Below are positions 51,831-64,000 of a stretch of 64,000 bases of DNA, piece after piece (positions within the stretch are counted from its first letter, which is position 1; every line of letters starts with the position of its first letter). The notes beneath the pieces are model-generated. The model was given only the letters and a program-made list of their open reading frames with translations, did no database searches and was not told the origin of the DNA. This DNA comes from Lama glama. Lineage: Eukaryota. The position numbers and the translations under genes were made by a program. Where the stretch lies: NCBI GenBank assembly GCA_028534125.1, contig CM052817.1, positions 93,002,001 to 93,066,000 on the forward strand. Reading direction: 5' to 3'.

Positions 51831-53145
51831 TCATTTTTGTAAAAAATGATTATTTCTACCTTGTGTGCTCTTCCATTAGGGAGACACAAGAACAAATGAT
51901 CATAATCATTAACCCAAGTATTTCAGTGGAATCCATGAAAACTCACTCATTTTTCTTGGGAGACTCAGGGGTTGTTCTCAATCAGAAAAGCTGAAAAGCA
52001 TTTTTTTAATTCTTTCAAGGACTAGTTCAGTGAATGTCTTATATGCTCAGTGAGTTATGAGTACAGAATTTTTATGTTTCTGATACTTAGCTGCTTTAAG
52101 AGACATAACAGGAATCTGCATAGCAATCAGTTGCTTCTGCCAGAGGGGAGTTCTTAAACATCAATGGCGAAGCTACGATGCGTGATTAATGACTGTAGCT
52201 GGATTACTTTTCAGGCCCGTCTCCTTATCTACAAGTGATGTAACTTGGCAGAAAATCAGAAAATGGGTGTTTTAATCAATCCTGCTTTCATCTGTGACAG
52301 ATCTCTGCCGGAAAAGGAGTGGGCAGTCCCGTGTCCTTCCTCTCCTTTGTCTGTATTACAGAGTGTTGGGCTCCATTTTCTCTGACACAGGAGAAGAATT
52401 TATTCAAAATAATGATCCTCATTTAGATAGAGGAGTTAGATCTATCACTCTGCCCAGACAGCACAACCAGATCTAATTCCCCCCTCTATTAGGCAAATAA
52501 AACATCAACCTTGTGTCTGCTACCGAACAATGCCAGCAGCTCAAGATTTATTAGTTTGTTTAAGCCCCCATTACAAGAAGTCTAGAATTTCTTCTGTTGT
52601 TTAACTCAGAACTTTAAGCAAGCCAAAGTTCTTAGGAGTAGTGAAGTGGGGAAAAAAATGTATGATGTGTTTTATTTAAGAAAAAAAGACATTAAATAGT
52701 TTATTTCACTTTAACTTTTATACATTAAAATTCAATTTTATGATCATTAGTTTCGTTGTTTTAAGGACCATCTTCTTTTCATTTCTCCTGTAATGTGATG
52801 TTAAATGACTTGGGAAATAGAGAGTTTCTTTGCTGTCAGAAAAACAGGAATTTCATGTGGAATTTTTCGAGTATATTTAGCATGCTGATATGAAACATTA
52901 AATTTATTTTCATATTATTACTAACAAAGACATTATTTAGGTGTGTACCTTAAACTCTGAAAAATAAATATGATTCCCCTCACTTTCTAAATGAAGACAC
53001 TGAGGCTCAAAGAGTTTAACTACATTATTCCAGATCACATAGTGGTAATTATTTAATTTCGAATTCTAACCTAGTCTTCTAAATACAGAAATTCCATACA
53101 CCATACTCGTTCCATAGACCATACTCACTCTTATGTCAGTTAGAA

Positions 53146-53928
53146 TTGTCTAAGCCCATGAAAATGTGTCCATCACTAGTCATTATGGAAATGCAGATTA
53201 AAACTACTTCACACGCATTAAAATGGGTCTGTTATACAAACAATCAGAAAATAACAAGTGTTGGCAAAGATGTGGAAAAGTTAGGACTCTTCTGCATTGC
53301 TGGTGGAAATGTAAAATGGTGCAGCCATTGTAGCAAACAGTATGGCAATTACTCAAAAAAAGAAACACAGAATTCCAGCAATTCCACTCCTAGGTATATG
53401 CTCCAAAGAATTGAAAGCAGGGACTCAGACAGATACTTGGACACCAATGTCCATAATAACACTATTCACAACAGCCAACAGGTAGAAACAACGTCACGTC
53501 CATCAACAGATAAATGCATAAGCAAAATATGCTATATACGTGCAATGGAATATCATTCAGCCTTAAAAATGAATGAAATTATGATCCATGCTACAGTGGA
53601 TGAACATTGGAGATATTATACTAAGTGAAGTAAAGCCGACACAAAATTATAAATATCATATGATTCTACTTATGTGAAGTACTTAGAATAGGCAAATTCA
53701 TAGAGATAGAAAGTAGAACAGAATTACCAGGTGCAGGGGGTGGGCAGGCAGGGAAAAATAAGGAATACTTGTTTAAGGAGTATAGAATTTCTCTTTGGGA
53801 TAATGAAAACGTTCTGAAAATGGTTAGTGGTGTTAGTTGCACGATACTGTGAATGTACTCAAAGCGAGTGAATTGTGCACTTACAATGGCTAAAATGTTA
53901 TGGATATTTTGCCACAATTAAAAAAAAT
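53146..53928 (+). mobile_element. L1MB-like ORF2 C-terminus and 3'UTR
   Basis: ORF has 'EMQIKTT', 'VGKDVEKLG...AGGNVKWCSH', 'MEYHSALKMNEIM'; 3'UTR and A tail follow. Confidence 0.9.
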
Positions 53929-55828
53929 TGTTGAAAATGATAAAATTAGGGTTCATGAAGCTATCACTGATATGAGAGGTTAGCTCAGTGTTTGCATGAA
54001 AATAAGGTTGTATTCAAAACAGATCAAGTTGTGAGAAATACTGTGAGAAGTGCTGACTCTGTGGATAAGAAAATGTCTGGACAGTGAAAGACAAGATAGA
54101 CACAGTGATACAATTTACCGTCTCTAGTCTCATGCACTCCCCCAAATTTGAAATGGAATTCAACCTAGCAGTGCTGAGATAGAGGTTCCGTGTACAGACT
54201 TGAGGCTATGCAAACCGGGTGTAAGAGCTGGATATGTGTGTGAATTTAAAGCTCCTGATCCTGGAGTGACTCTAAAAAGGAACTAAGCATGCCAGTTTGA
54301 GGCTCACATGATCCCTCTGTGTGATGTGGCCCTTGTGTTTTGTTCCTGGGCTCTGATTCTTAAGTCATATTATTATCATGAATTGTCAACCTCACTCCTC
54401 TGAAATGGTAAATATGCTTCCATTGATGATTATGTAGTTTATCAACCACAGGAAATTTTAAATTAAATAAAGAGATGAGGAAGTATATTAACTCAAGATC
54501 ACTTATATTTTGAGTTCAAGGTCTGGAATAAACTTTTTAGCTCCTGAGGTAGCTTTATAGGGTTGGTATCTAAAGAATTTATAATGTTTAATAGAACCTA
54601 AGTGAATGGATCTGAGTGTAAATTAAAATGTGCAGTAGATTTTGGAATTGAGCTTTTAAGCTAAAACTATACCTGAGAACTTGACTAAGTTTGTAAAAAT
54701 ACAAAAACTGGAGATGCATTTTATTTATTATCATACTTCATTATATTTACAAGACTGTTTTAAATGTATAGACAGGTTTTCCTTGTTATGGTTTTGATTT
54801 CAAGTTGTCAGAAGGTTTTTTTAAATGCTTTAAAGATAAAATATATAAAATTTCTAAGTGCAGCCGAAAATATTCTGGAAAATGTAGTTTACTAAATTCA
54901 TCAATGGGATTAATTATTTAAAGTAATTCAGTCTATTCAACTCGAATTCACTGAACATTCATCAAAGTAAAAGAGAAAATAGTTGCTCTTTGCTTATTAG
55001 TTTTATAAATAGTAGAATAAGATTTCTTAGTGAAATTAAAAGCTTATGAGAAGGTAGTTTCCTTTATAATTACAAGTTTAATGAAAGTTATATTAATTTA
55101 AAAACTAAGTAACTGGATGTAGTTTTTGCCATGCACAAAGGCCCCTTCAAGACACTTAAGAACTCGCACTGATGATCTTGATATGAAAACTATACTAAAG
55201 CAATGGTTCTCAGCTCTAGTGGGTACACTTTTGCTTTGGGATCAAGTAAATTGCTATAAAATAATAATGTGCCTACATGACCAAAGTGTACAGATCATTT
55301 ACATTAAAGGATGGAGTAGATGCTCCGTTATTCCTGTAATAACACTGACCTTCTTCCTTGTTTTACTGCATGTTTTCTTCAGTGGGAGCATTTCTGAATT
55401 ACAGTGCACTGGGCTATGGAACTATCATCCACAAAGATTCCCTGCCCAGGAGCAACCCCAAGGACTGTGGAATGACTAGGAGAGAGAGATGATTAAGAAA
55501 TGGGAGAGTAAGGCAAAGAGTTCACCAGGCTGTCCCACTCTCTTTGGTTCCTAGTGCAGAGAGCCATTGCTTGCTGGATGTACCTACATGAATATTTCTG
55601 TGTTTCTGTCTGTGCCCATAAAGGATCCAAGGATGAGGACCTGATACATGGAATTTTAAGGCAGGAAACATTTTGCCCCAATTTTTTTTGATTCTGGTTT
55701 TGTATCATTCAATAGGAGTCAATTGAGTACAAACTGTGTCTACCTCTGAGTATTCATTATTTAAGAAAATTTGTCTTAAGAGTGGACAAAAAGAAAGCAC
55801 AGAATAGGCCTTGTATATAACCTCTAAG

Positions 55829-55999
55829 CAGAGTGCACTGGTAAATATTTAACAACCAGACATCTCGGGGACAAACAAACAAACAAACAAGAGCCTGCTA
55901 TGCAGCATTGGCCAATGTCCCTGTTGTAAATAGTCTCACCGTGGCCAATTTCAAAATTTCAGCATCAGCTCAGGTGGGAGCCGGCTCCAGCAAACCACT
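55829..55999. mobile_element. MER63A-like hAT-Blackjack MITE
   Basis: Ends 'cagagtgcactggtaaatatttaacaacc' and 'gagccggctccagcaaaccact'. Confidence 0.7.
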
Positions 56000-56229
56000 T
56001 CATTTAAACTTTCACTTTTCCATTCCTGCTCCTTTATTCTGGAAGTTGATCATGCTGAAAAAAAAATTTTTTTTAAACATATGTATATGATGCTGGCTCA
56101 TTTTATTTCATGGCTCATGACCATGAATCCCAAATAGACCCTTAGTCTGCCAGGCAGTTGTACTAGACATTCCTAGTCATTTGCACTCCCACTGTTCTAG
56201 ATAACTATTTTTGTATCTTTACTGGAAAC

Positions 56230-58375
56230 AATGCCTCTCCCATTTTCACTCTCAGCTTACTTGCTTTCTTGGTTTCACTAGGAAAAATAAAGCAATCAGA
56301 CCAGGAGCATTACAGACTTCCTCCATCCCAGGACCCACCTTCAAACATCTGTACTCTCTTCCTCCCTGTTCCTGTCTGCTTCTGCCTGAAGCCAGCACTG
56401 GCATTTGTGGGTCAGAGTTCATCCTCTGTTTTTCTCAAGTCATCACTCCTGTAATTCTCCCCTACTCTCTCTTAAAGCATCAGTTTCTTGCTTTCTGCTA
56501 GATCAATACTGTCTACCGAAGTGTTACAATTATTATCATTTTGTTAAAACTTCTCTCAGCCCCACTACCTCCATCAGTTGTTGCTCCATTTCTTTGCCCC
56601 TGTTTTAGTAGAGTTACTCCTGAAAGTTACCTGTACTCTCTCTCAAAACCGCTGCTTTCTGGCTTTCATTATCATCTCCTCTCCACCAAGAGTGCTCTTA
56701 CAGAGATGGTATAATGTCTCACTTCTACCCTTTCACTGTGCTAAAGGTCAACTCAAAAACTCCCAGGATCAGCATCTCTGCCTGAGTCTTTCTTTCCAGA
56801 TGCTCAGGAAGTCACACTCATGGGAGGAGGAAGTGAGAAATACCAGGGAATTAACATCACCCACACTCTCCCCACAACAGTGTTAACTAATTCCTGGGAG
56901 TGTAAAATACACCGCCTCTTGCCTCCCAGGAAGAATAATCCTGAGTGATATTTTATTAGACTCTTTCCCAGAGTTTTCTTATGGGTTGGAGCACCAGTGG
57001 TCACGTGTTGCTCCATAATGCACACTTATTGGCTGCCTTCTCTTCTCTTTCTTACATCATTTCTCCACTTCACTACTGACATTCCTGAACCTCTCAAGTG
57101 AACTCGTTCCTCTCAAGTTCTTGTTTAAAGGTGGCTGCTGCTGGAGCCAAAACGAGCACCCTCACGAGTGATCTCCACATCACCAAACTAAACGATCAAT
57201 TTGCAGATTTCTTCTTTTGGGGGCTTTCACTCTCTGTCTCTTTTCTTTGTTCTGTTTCTTCTCACCACTTCTATGCTTGGAGTGCTGCAGGTGAGCCAGT
57301 CCTGGGTCCTCTTATTTCCCCTGTGACTCTCCAGGCTTTATAGGCCACCTCTATGTCAATGACTAGCAAATTCATATCTGCAGCACAGATTTCTCATCTG
57401 AATGTCACGTTCATATACACAACCAAGTACTAACATCTCCACTCTGATGTCCAATAGTCATCTGAAACTCAGGATGTCCAGAACTGAACTCCTCTCCTAC
57501 CCACCTCCCGCCAAACTTGCTCCATTTACAATATTGCCCCATCTCATTTAGAGCAATACCAGCCTTCCAGTTATCCAGGCCAAAAGCCTTGGGTTAATTC
57601 TTGACTTTTGTATTTTTCTCAGCAAGTCTTGGTTGTAGCTTAAAAATATATCCAGAATCTGAATATTTCTTACCACCTCCACTGCTCTCATCCTGATTCA
57701 AGCCATCATCACTTCTCACCTAGACTGCCTCCGTAGCCTCTTAACAGGTCTCCCAGCTTCTGTTCTTGCCCCATTACAGTCTGTTCTCAACATAGAAAAT
57801 TGAGATATATTTTTTAAAATATATATTTGATCATCAGTCTACTGCTCAAAACTATACAAAGGCTCTCCTATGTCCTCTGGACTGGAAGCCCGAGACTCTT
57901 TCCTTTCTGTGCATTTTTTAACCCCACCTCATTTGACTGTTCCCTCTTCCTCCCCAGTCCCATTTCCCATCTCACTCTGCTCCACTCTTGCTTCCTAGCT
58001 ATTCTTTGAACACAATTGGAATATTCTTGTCTTAGAGCCAAGGTATAGCTGCTTCCTCTTGTCTGCAATAATCTTCTAGGTGAGTCCTAAACCTCCCACC
58101 AGGACATTTTTAGACTTTGCTCTAAATGAATTCCACCATGACCAGTGTAAGCCTGCAGTCTGCCCTCTCCTATGCCCACACTTTGATTCCCCTTACAGTG
58201 AACCACTTTTTTTAATCTATCAAATTTATCATTTCCAACATACCATCTAATTTACCTCCTTATTGCTTACCCCACCCTGTATGCCCTCCCCCAGAATATC
58301 AGGCCAATGAGAACAGGGACACTTGACTGTTTTGTTTACTCACATATGCCATCTGTTGAATGAATAAATGAATGA
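56230..58375 (+). mobile_element. Long L2 (L2a-like) remnant
   Basis: 'catctccactctgatgtcc', 'ccaggccaaaagccttgg', 'caagccatcatcacttctcacctagactg'; ends 'tgttgaatgaataaatgaatga'. Confidence 0.8.
56735..57160 (+). mobile_element. LTR16A-like ERVL solo LTR nested in L2
   Basis: 'cccagagttttc...ataatgcacacttattggctgccttc...tttctccacttc'. Confidence 0.6.
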
Positions 58376-58623
58376 CCTCTTGGGAGGAAAAGATTGATTA
58401 ATTCAGTAGTCTTCTCTCCAGTGTCTCGGGGTGTTGATTTTCAGGCAGTCTATTCTTTTAGGATTTCATTTAACATTACAGTAACAAGAAATATCCTTTT
58501 TGCTGTCTTCTCAGCACAAATTCAAAACTTCAACAACAACAAAAATGTGTATTTGTTGACATATGAACACCAATAGTTCTCAGATATAGATTTTATACTT
58601 TTAGGGTAAAGTTTTGTATAACT

Positions 58624-58838
58624 CAGTGGTTGTCAGTGGCTGGGGGTGATTTCGTCTCCCAGGAGATATTGGCACTGTCTGGAGACATTTTGTTTGTCCT
58701 AACTAAGGGGAGATGCTGTTGGCATCCAGCAGGTAGAAACCAGGGATGCTGGTAACATCCTATGGTGAGCAGGACAACCCTCACAACAAAGAAGTATCTG
58801 GTCCAATATGTCAAGAGTATTAAGTTTGAGAAAACATG
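58624..58838. mobile_element. MER20 hAT-Charlie MITE, full length
   Basis: 'cagtggttgtca...ggggtgatttcgtctcccagg...ccaatatgtcaagagt...tgagaaaacatg'; degenerate 8-bp TSD gtataact/gtgtaacc. Confidence 0.85.
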
Positions 58839-58999
58839 GTGTAACCTAAAAATTCTCCTAACAGGCCACTGATTCAATACATCTATTCAACACAAAATAT
58901 ATTTAGGGCCTGCTCTCTGCTGGGATGTATCAGTGACCCAGACAGTCCTGTCTACATGGAGCTTATATTCCAACGACAGTCCTCAAGCTAACAAAGCAG

Positions 59000-59212
59000 G
59001 GAACCATTTATGTAGTTTTTACTAATGTGCCAGACACCAACTCATTGAAACCTGAAGACAATCCTAGGGAAGAAGGTGTTGTGATCTCCATCTTAAAGAA
59101 AAGTGAGGTAAAGAGACGCAGAGCAAACTGCCCAAGATCATACAGCCAGTAATGAGCAGAGGAAGGACATGAACCTCAGCGGGTTGGCCCCAGACTGTGC
59201 TCTTCATCACTG
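59000..59212 (-). mobile_element. MIR SINE
   Basis: 'tgcccaagatcatacagccagtaatgagcagagg...atgaacctcag'. Confidence 0.65.
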
Positions 59213-60079
59213 CATTACAGCAGCTTCAGATACAAATGCGGGAATATTACCTGTTAAATAACAAAACAGGTTTAATGTTTTTAATTGATCTGATGCAATG
59301 TTCCCAGAGCTTTAGATTCCAGAAATCTTTATTATGATTCCAGATGTTTTAGCAGTTTCTGCTAATAGATTAAATATTCAGCAAGTATCCATCATATAGA
59401 GTTGAGACATCAAATGGGAATATGGAGAAGATATCCGTCTTCACATTGTTTCAGATAAGCCAGTGAAAATTCATTGAGCAGAAATGTCGGATACATGATT
59501 CTGATCCTATCACACAGAGATCCTGTGAAGGTCAGTTGGGAAAGAGCAATCATATTTGGTCAATCCACAAGAAGTAAGTTACTGTTGTTGAATACACAAA
59601 ATCTCAGCTCAAATGCTTATGAAATTTAAGGATTACCAAGGCTATAATAACCATAAACTCTGTGAGAATTTGGAGTTCTTTGGCTTTACTTCTGTCAATC
59701 TGTACATTAATGAGAAGAAATGTAAAGAGATTCACTGACCTGTCCAAAATGAAACAGGCAAAATTTGGCAGAGCCGTGGCAATCTGTTACTACAAATTTA
59801 TGGTTCAGTTATTTTTCCATTATTATCCCAAAGAATTAAAAATCTCTTTGGAGAAATATACAAAGTGTATCCATTCAACTCTGTATAATACCCATTATGA
59901 TAGTTTACACACTACACTTTACCTATTTGGAAGATAGTTAAGTACTCAATATACATTTTTGAAGATATGACAATTTGGGGAAAATGATAGAGTTAAATTA
60001 TGAGGTGAAAATTTAAATGGTATTGCAAGTAGAAGAACATAAAAACAAATGAGAGTTGAAATGTTGAAGAAATACCACA

Positions 60080-60700
60080 GAAGTGAGACTACACTCTATA
60101 ATTAAAAGACCCTTGCTCAATGTAGAAATGCTTCCCAAATTTGCAGAATTCAGGTAAAGCAAATATATTCATGCCAAATAAATCAGTATAACATTCAATG
60201 GAACAGAATAGAAGACATAGAAATTAGACATGTGTATTCATAATATATTATATGGTAAACTGGACATTTTATATTGTGGGGAAATTGTTTAGTGAATGGT
60301 TGTAGGGTTACTTGCTTATTTCAGCCATAAGCAAAGAAACAAAAGAACAACCAAATGAAATCAATGTGCTGAAGATTAATATTTGAAGAATAATATACCT
60401 TTCTCAAAATTTAGAAAAAAAATGGCCATTTGCTTACAAGATCTTAAGAGTTTGGAGGAGGACTTTTCAAAGTATGCAAAGGCAGAATTCATAGGTAAAA
60501 ATGCCTATAGATTTTATGACACAAATTAAAAGAATTTCTATAGGTCAAAAAACGCCATAAACTAAATTTTAATGATAATCTGAAAGAAATAAGTCATACT
60601 ATGTATAACAAATAAAGTAAAATATCCTTGATATAGAGTTCTTCCAAATAAATATGAAAAACATGAAATAGACAACATAAAATTATAAAATCTAATTTAT
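60080..60700 (+). mobile_element. Decayed L1 ORF2 fragment
   Basis: 'tcaatggaacagaatagaagacatagaaat'. Confidence 0.55.
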
Positions 60701-60941
60701 GTAATATAAAAAATTCTTTTACATTTATTTCAGTTGCTCCTCTTAGCAAATCATATAATCCAGCGGGGGAGAAGATAATTACAGAGATATAAGTAGGCTA
60801 TAACTGCCATTTGTATGCTAAAAATAAAGATATAGTGGATTGTTTTATATTTGTGAAAGTAATATAACTGAAATTTTTTAAAATTATATTTCTCAAACCA
60901 TTCATTAATATGCTCACTTTTTCTCTTCCACTTGATCACAA

Positions 60942-61425
60942 ATGTCATTAGATTAGATTTAGCTGTGTATGACAGAAACCCCCAAATAAGAATGGCTTCA
61001 GCAAGAAAGAGGTTTATTTTGCTTTCACTTAAACAGAAATCCAGGGAATCGTGGGTTACTAAGGGTGCTATACAATGTGGTCAAGGCTTTAAAATAGCAA
61101 AAGGACCCACTTCTCTTAGCTTGCTGTTTCATCATTGTTTATTTTACAGTTCAGGATGGCTGCTGACCCTTAGCTGTCACATTTACATCCCAGCCCGAAG
61201 GGAGGAGGAGGAGGGGTGAAGAAAGTTATGCCTTGTTCCTTTATGACCTTTTCTGAGAAGTTGGCTAGGACTTGATCAAACATGGCAAAAAACAGTTGAA
61301 AGGGAAGCTGGCAAAATGTAGTGTGTCCAGCTAACAATCAGGAGTTTCTATTATGAAAATCAGGAAATTACATTACAAAGGAAAAAGAAGAAAATATGTA
61401 TGAGGAGACCTAGCAGTCTCTGCTT
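60942..61425 (-). mobile_element. Old MaLR LTR (MLT1-type)
   Basis: 'tagctgtgtatgacagaaaccccc...tggcttcagcaagaaagaggtttatt', 'aggatggctgctg', 'aagggaagctggcaaaatgtag'. Confidence 0.6.
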
Positions 61426-62115
61426 CTGACGTAATTCATAAAAACACATCTGTTGGAAAATTTATATCTTTCAGAGTGTTGTTTATTTTTAAATGAAGGA
61501 CTGTAGAATTAATGTGTCAATGCTGTATCACTCCCAGAAGTAGTAAGTACCAGAATTTATCTGTCTGTCTGTCTGTCTATCCGTCTGTCTATCTATCTTA
61601 CTTGACTTCTGTTAGATTTGTATGTGATGTCACTTCTTTATGCAAATAACGTATATTTAGTGGGGGAAATTCACTTTATTTAAAGCCTCTAGATTTGAAG
61701 TGGTCACTGCACTTAGGTAAGTGTAACGATACCTAAATTTGAAATACCTAAAAAAATACGAGTAATTGATGGGTGCATAGAGGGATGGAAGGAGACAGAA
61801 AAATCTGCGATAAAGCAAGTACAGTAAAATGTAAATGATAGAAACCAAGTGGTGGTCATATGGATGCTCACTGTAAAATACTTCATCTGTGCTCAATGTT
61901 TGAAAAGTTTTGTAAAGAAACGTTGAAGTATAAACTCCATCAACAAAACTCACAAGTTTGTGAGGAGGGGATTAAAAAGAGTTAGGAAGTAAGAGAATTC
62001 AAAATGTCTTGTCACAAGTCAAAATCAATAACAAAAAAGATGGTGAGAAAATTCCCGAGTTTTTGTAAATAAAGGATAGTATTTCTAAATTACCCAGAGT
62101 CAAAGAAGAAATCAT

Positions 62116-62265
62116 ATATTAAGTTAGGAAACATTTAAATTAAATGCTAATAAATAAGTAAGTTAATTAAATAAATAATAATGTTAAATTTAATAATACA
62201 TAAAAATGTTACTAAATAAATTAAATAATAATAATATTTAATTTAAATGTTTCCTAACTTAATAT
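62116..62265. repeat. Perfect 30-bp inverted repeat with 90-bp A/T spacer
   Basis: atattaagttaggaaacatttaaattaaat (62116-62145) is the exact reverse complement of 62236-62265. Confidence 0.95.
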
Positions 62266-62499
62266 TAAATTTAATAAGTTTATTTATAATTTGAATGGTA
62301 AAAATAATGCCGAGAAGGCTTAGCTTAAAGAAAAAAATGTGGTTAAAATACATAGTGAACAATCATCCAAATTTTAGCATATTCTTATACTCCTGTTTTC
62401 CTTTCTCAGTGACCAAAAAAAAATTATATTTAAGACTCTGATCTACCGATCTTGAGTGAATGATAGAGAATTAGTTATTGAAGAAAAGCTTCACTTCTT

Positions 62500-62960
62500 C
62501 CAGAGAGGTGGACCTAGTGTAAGTTTTCTAGTGACGTACGTAACGAACAGGCCAAGCGCTCAGTACGGTGTAGATCCATCAAGGCAGAGTTCCCAGGACA
62601 GGTTCTATGAACTTTTAATGAATGTCTTACGAAAAGACAGTTCTGGGTTGAAATAAGCTGGTTGAAAGGAAATACACTTAAAGCATTACTTTTCGCAGCA
62701 AGGCGTCTGACGGGGGTGAACGCGTAAATCCTCCGGGACAGACTTCCCCCCGCCCCTCCTCGTGGTCGAGCTCCTGATTGGCGGCAGGCAGTGTGGTTTG
62801 CTGGTTTACTTGTTCTGTATCCGCGAGGCCCTCCCTTAGAACACACTTTGGGCAGAGACCATCCGAAGAGAAGAGGCAAAACTGTGAGCAAGCTAAGTCG
62901 GTTTTCTGTACGTCCATTTCCTTTTTCTGCCTACGTTATACCTTTGAGTGACCGTAACTG
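62500..62960. promoter_or_regulatory. Small CpG-enriched promoter candidate
   Basis: Local CpG cluster; GC box ccccgcccc 62748-62756; CCAAT on the minus strand (attgg 62777-62781, context gccaatcag); CRE-like tgacgtac 62532-62539. Confidence 0.7.
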
Positions 62961-63719
62961 TGCTTTCAGGAGTTGTTGGCTTTCTCATTTCACATCATAA
63001 CACGGAAGCCTTTCTCTAGTGATGGGGCTCAAAGGAAGAAACGATTGAGGTGGGGGGTGCAGGGAAGCCCAGAGCAGGAGCGCCAACATCCCCTGGGGGG
63101 ACCTGGAAAGAGTTCAGACAGCTGGCTGGGCTGAGCCTACTTCTGCTGACTGAAGTTTTAGGTGAGAAGGTAAACAGCTCTTTTCATTAACAATCAGATA
63201 ATTACTTTCTGCAGCTTTGAGGTAGACCCTGGAAATCCTGAACTACCTTGGAAGGCTGTGGATTTCATTGCTTGATTTCATAGTTTGTTCCAAGTGTCTT
63301 TACATTTTGATACAGGACCTGAGCTATTTCACCTCTCTGGGTTTCCATTCCCTTATCTCTACAAGTAAAGATATAGGAATGATCTCCGCCATGCTCCCTA
63401 GACTGGCACCGCCAATGCCATGTGCGCCTGGATGGATCTGGCTCGTTGAGCCACGTGTTAGTTTTCATGTGCTGGACCTGGAGACTCCCCTAGACCACTG
63501 GCCCTCTCATCACCCGTTTCCCCTCACTGTGTTATTTAGGTACATCTCAATCTTTGCATGTCACATGCATGCAATAAGGAACCAGGAAGTCTGAATCAGG
63601 CTTGTCTGTATCACTCTGTCCAGCTGCTGACATTGCCCCAAACCATATTGGATAACTTCTCCAGGCTAACAACCTCTCCCTATTATTCTTGAAAAAGCAT
63701 GCAAAGCATACTACTTCTT

Positions 63720-64000
63720 TTGTAACCTTTTGCTAAAATAAAATTGCATAACAAATAACCAACAAACCTTAGAGGTATATGAGTTATATGTGTATTGCTC
63801 ACACATCTAGACTCAGTTGGGGATCAGCTAGGCAGCTGTACTGATCTTGGCTGGACTCACTCACCTGTTTAGGGGTAGCTGCTGTTCACTGCTCTAAGCT
63901 GCTTTGAAGGGTGCAGGGCGACTCAGCTGTGCTCCGTGTGCTTCTCATCCTCTAGAAGGCTGGCCTGAGCATGTTCTCATGGCAATGACAGAGGCACAAG
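63720..64000 (-). mobile_element. MaLR LTR (MLT1F/G/H-like), runs off the window
   Basis: 'ttgcataacaaataaccaacaaaccttagagg', 'cttggctggactcactca', 'ggctggcctgagcatgttctcatggc'. Confidence 0.7.

Noticed and set aside
53092..53128. 18-bp near-perfect tandem duplication ttccata(c/g)accatactc
   Set aside because: Two copies only; ordinary slippage
53146..53628. 160-aa ORF as a gene
   Set aside because: Frameshifted L1 ORF2 C-terminal remnant
62514..62891. 125-aa minus-strand ORF
   Set aside because: Non-ATG start, in a GC-rich promoter, no recognisable domain
1..64000. CRISPR arrays, rRNA, operon-like or other prokaryotic systems
   Set aside because: No regularly spaced repeats or dense coding; the sequence is mammalian non-coding DNA

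Overview
Mammalian, AT-rich, repeat-dense non-coding DNA, most likely camelid (two Vic-1-type tRNA-derived SINEs with target-site duplications). It has two 500-N scaffold gaps. I recognise no host protein-coding gene; the only recognisable ORFs are decayed LINE-1 ORF1/ORF2 fragments. Much of the window is old interspersed repeat: L1, L2, MIR, MaLR/ERVL/ERV1 solo LTRs and hAT DNA transposons. Repeat family names come from my recall of consensus sequences, not from a search. Three unexplained features stand out. (1) A ~0.5 kb CpG-retaining segment at ~12.97-13.50 kb has a 164-codon minus-strand open frame with non-mammalian codon usage and flanking splice-like sites; it is a candidate endogenous viral or otherwise foreign element, possibly exonised. 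(2) A small CpG/GC-box/CCAAT promoter at ~62.5-62.95 kb has candidate minus-strand exons downstream. (3) A perfect 30-bp inverted repeat lies next to that promoter.
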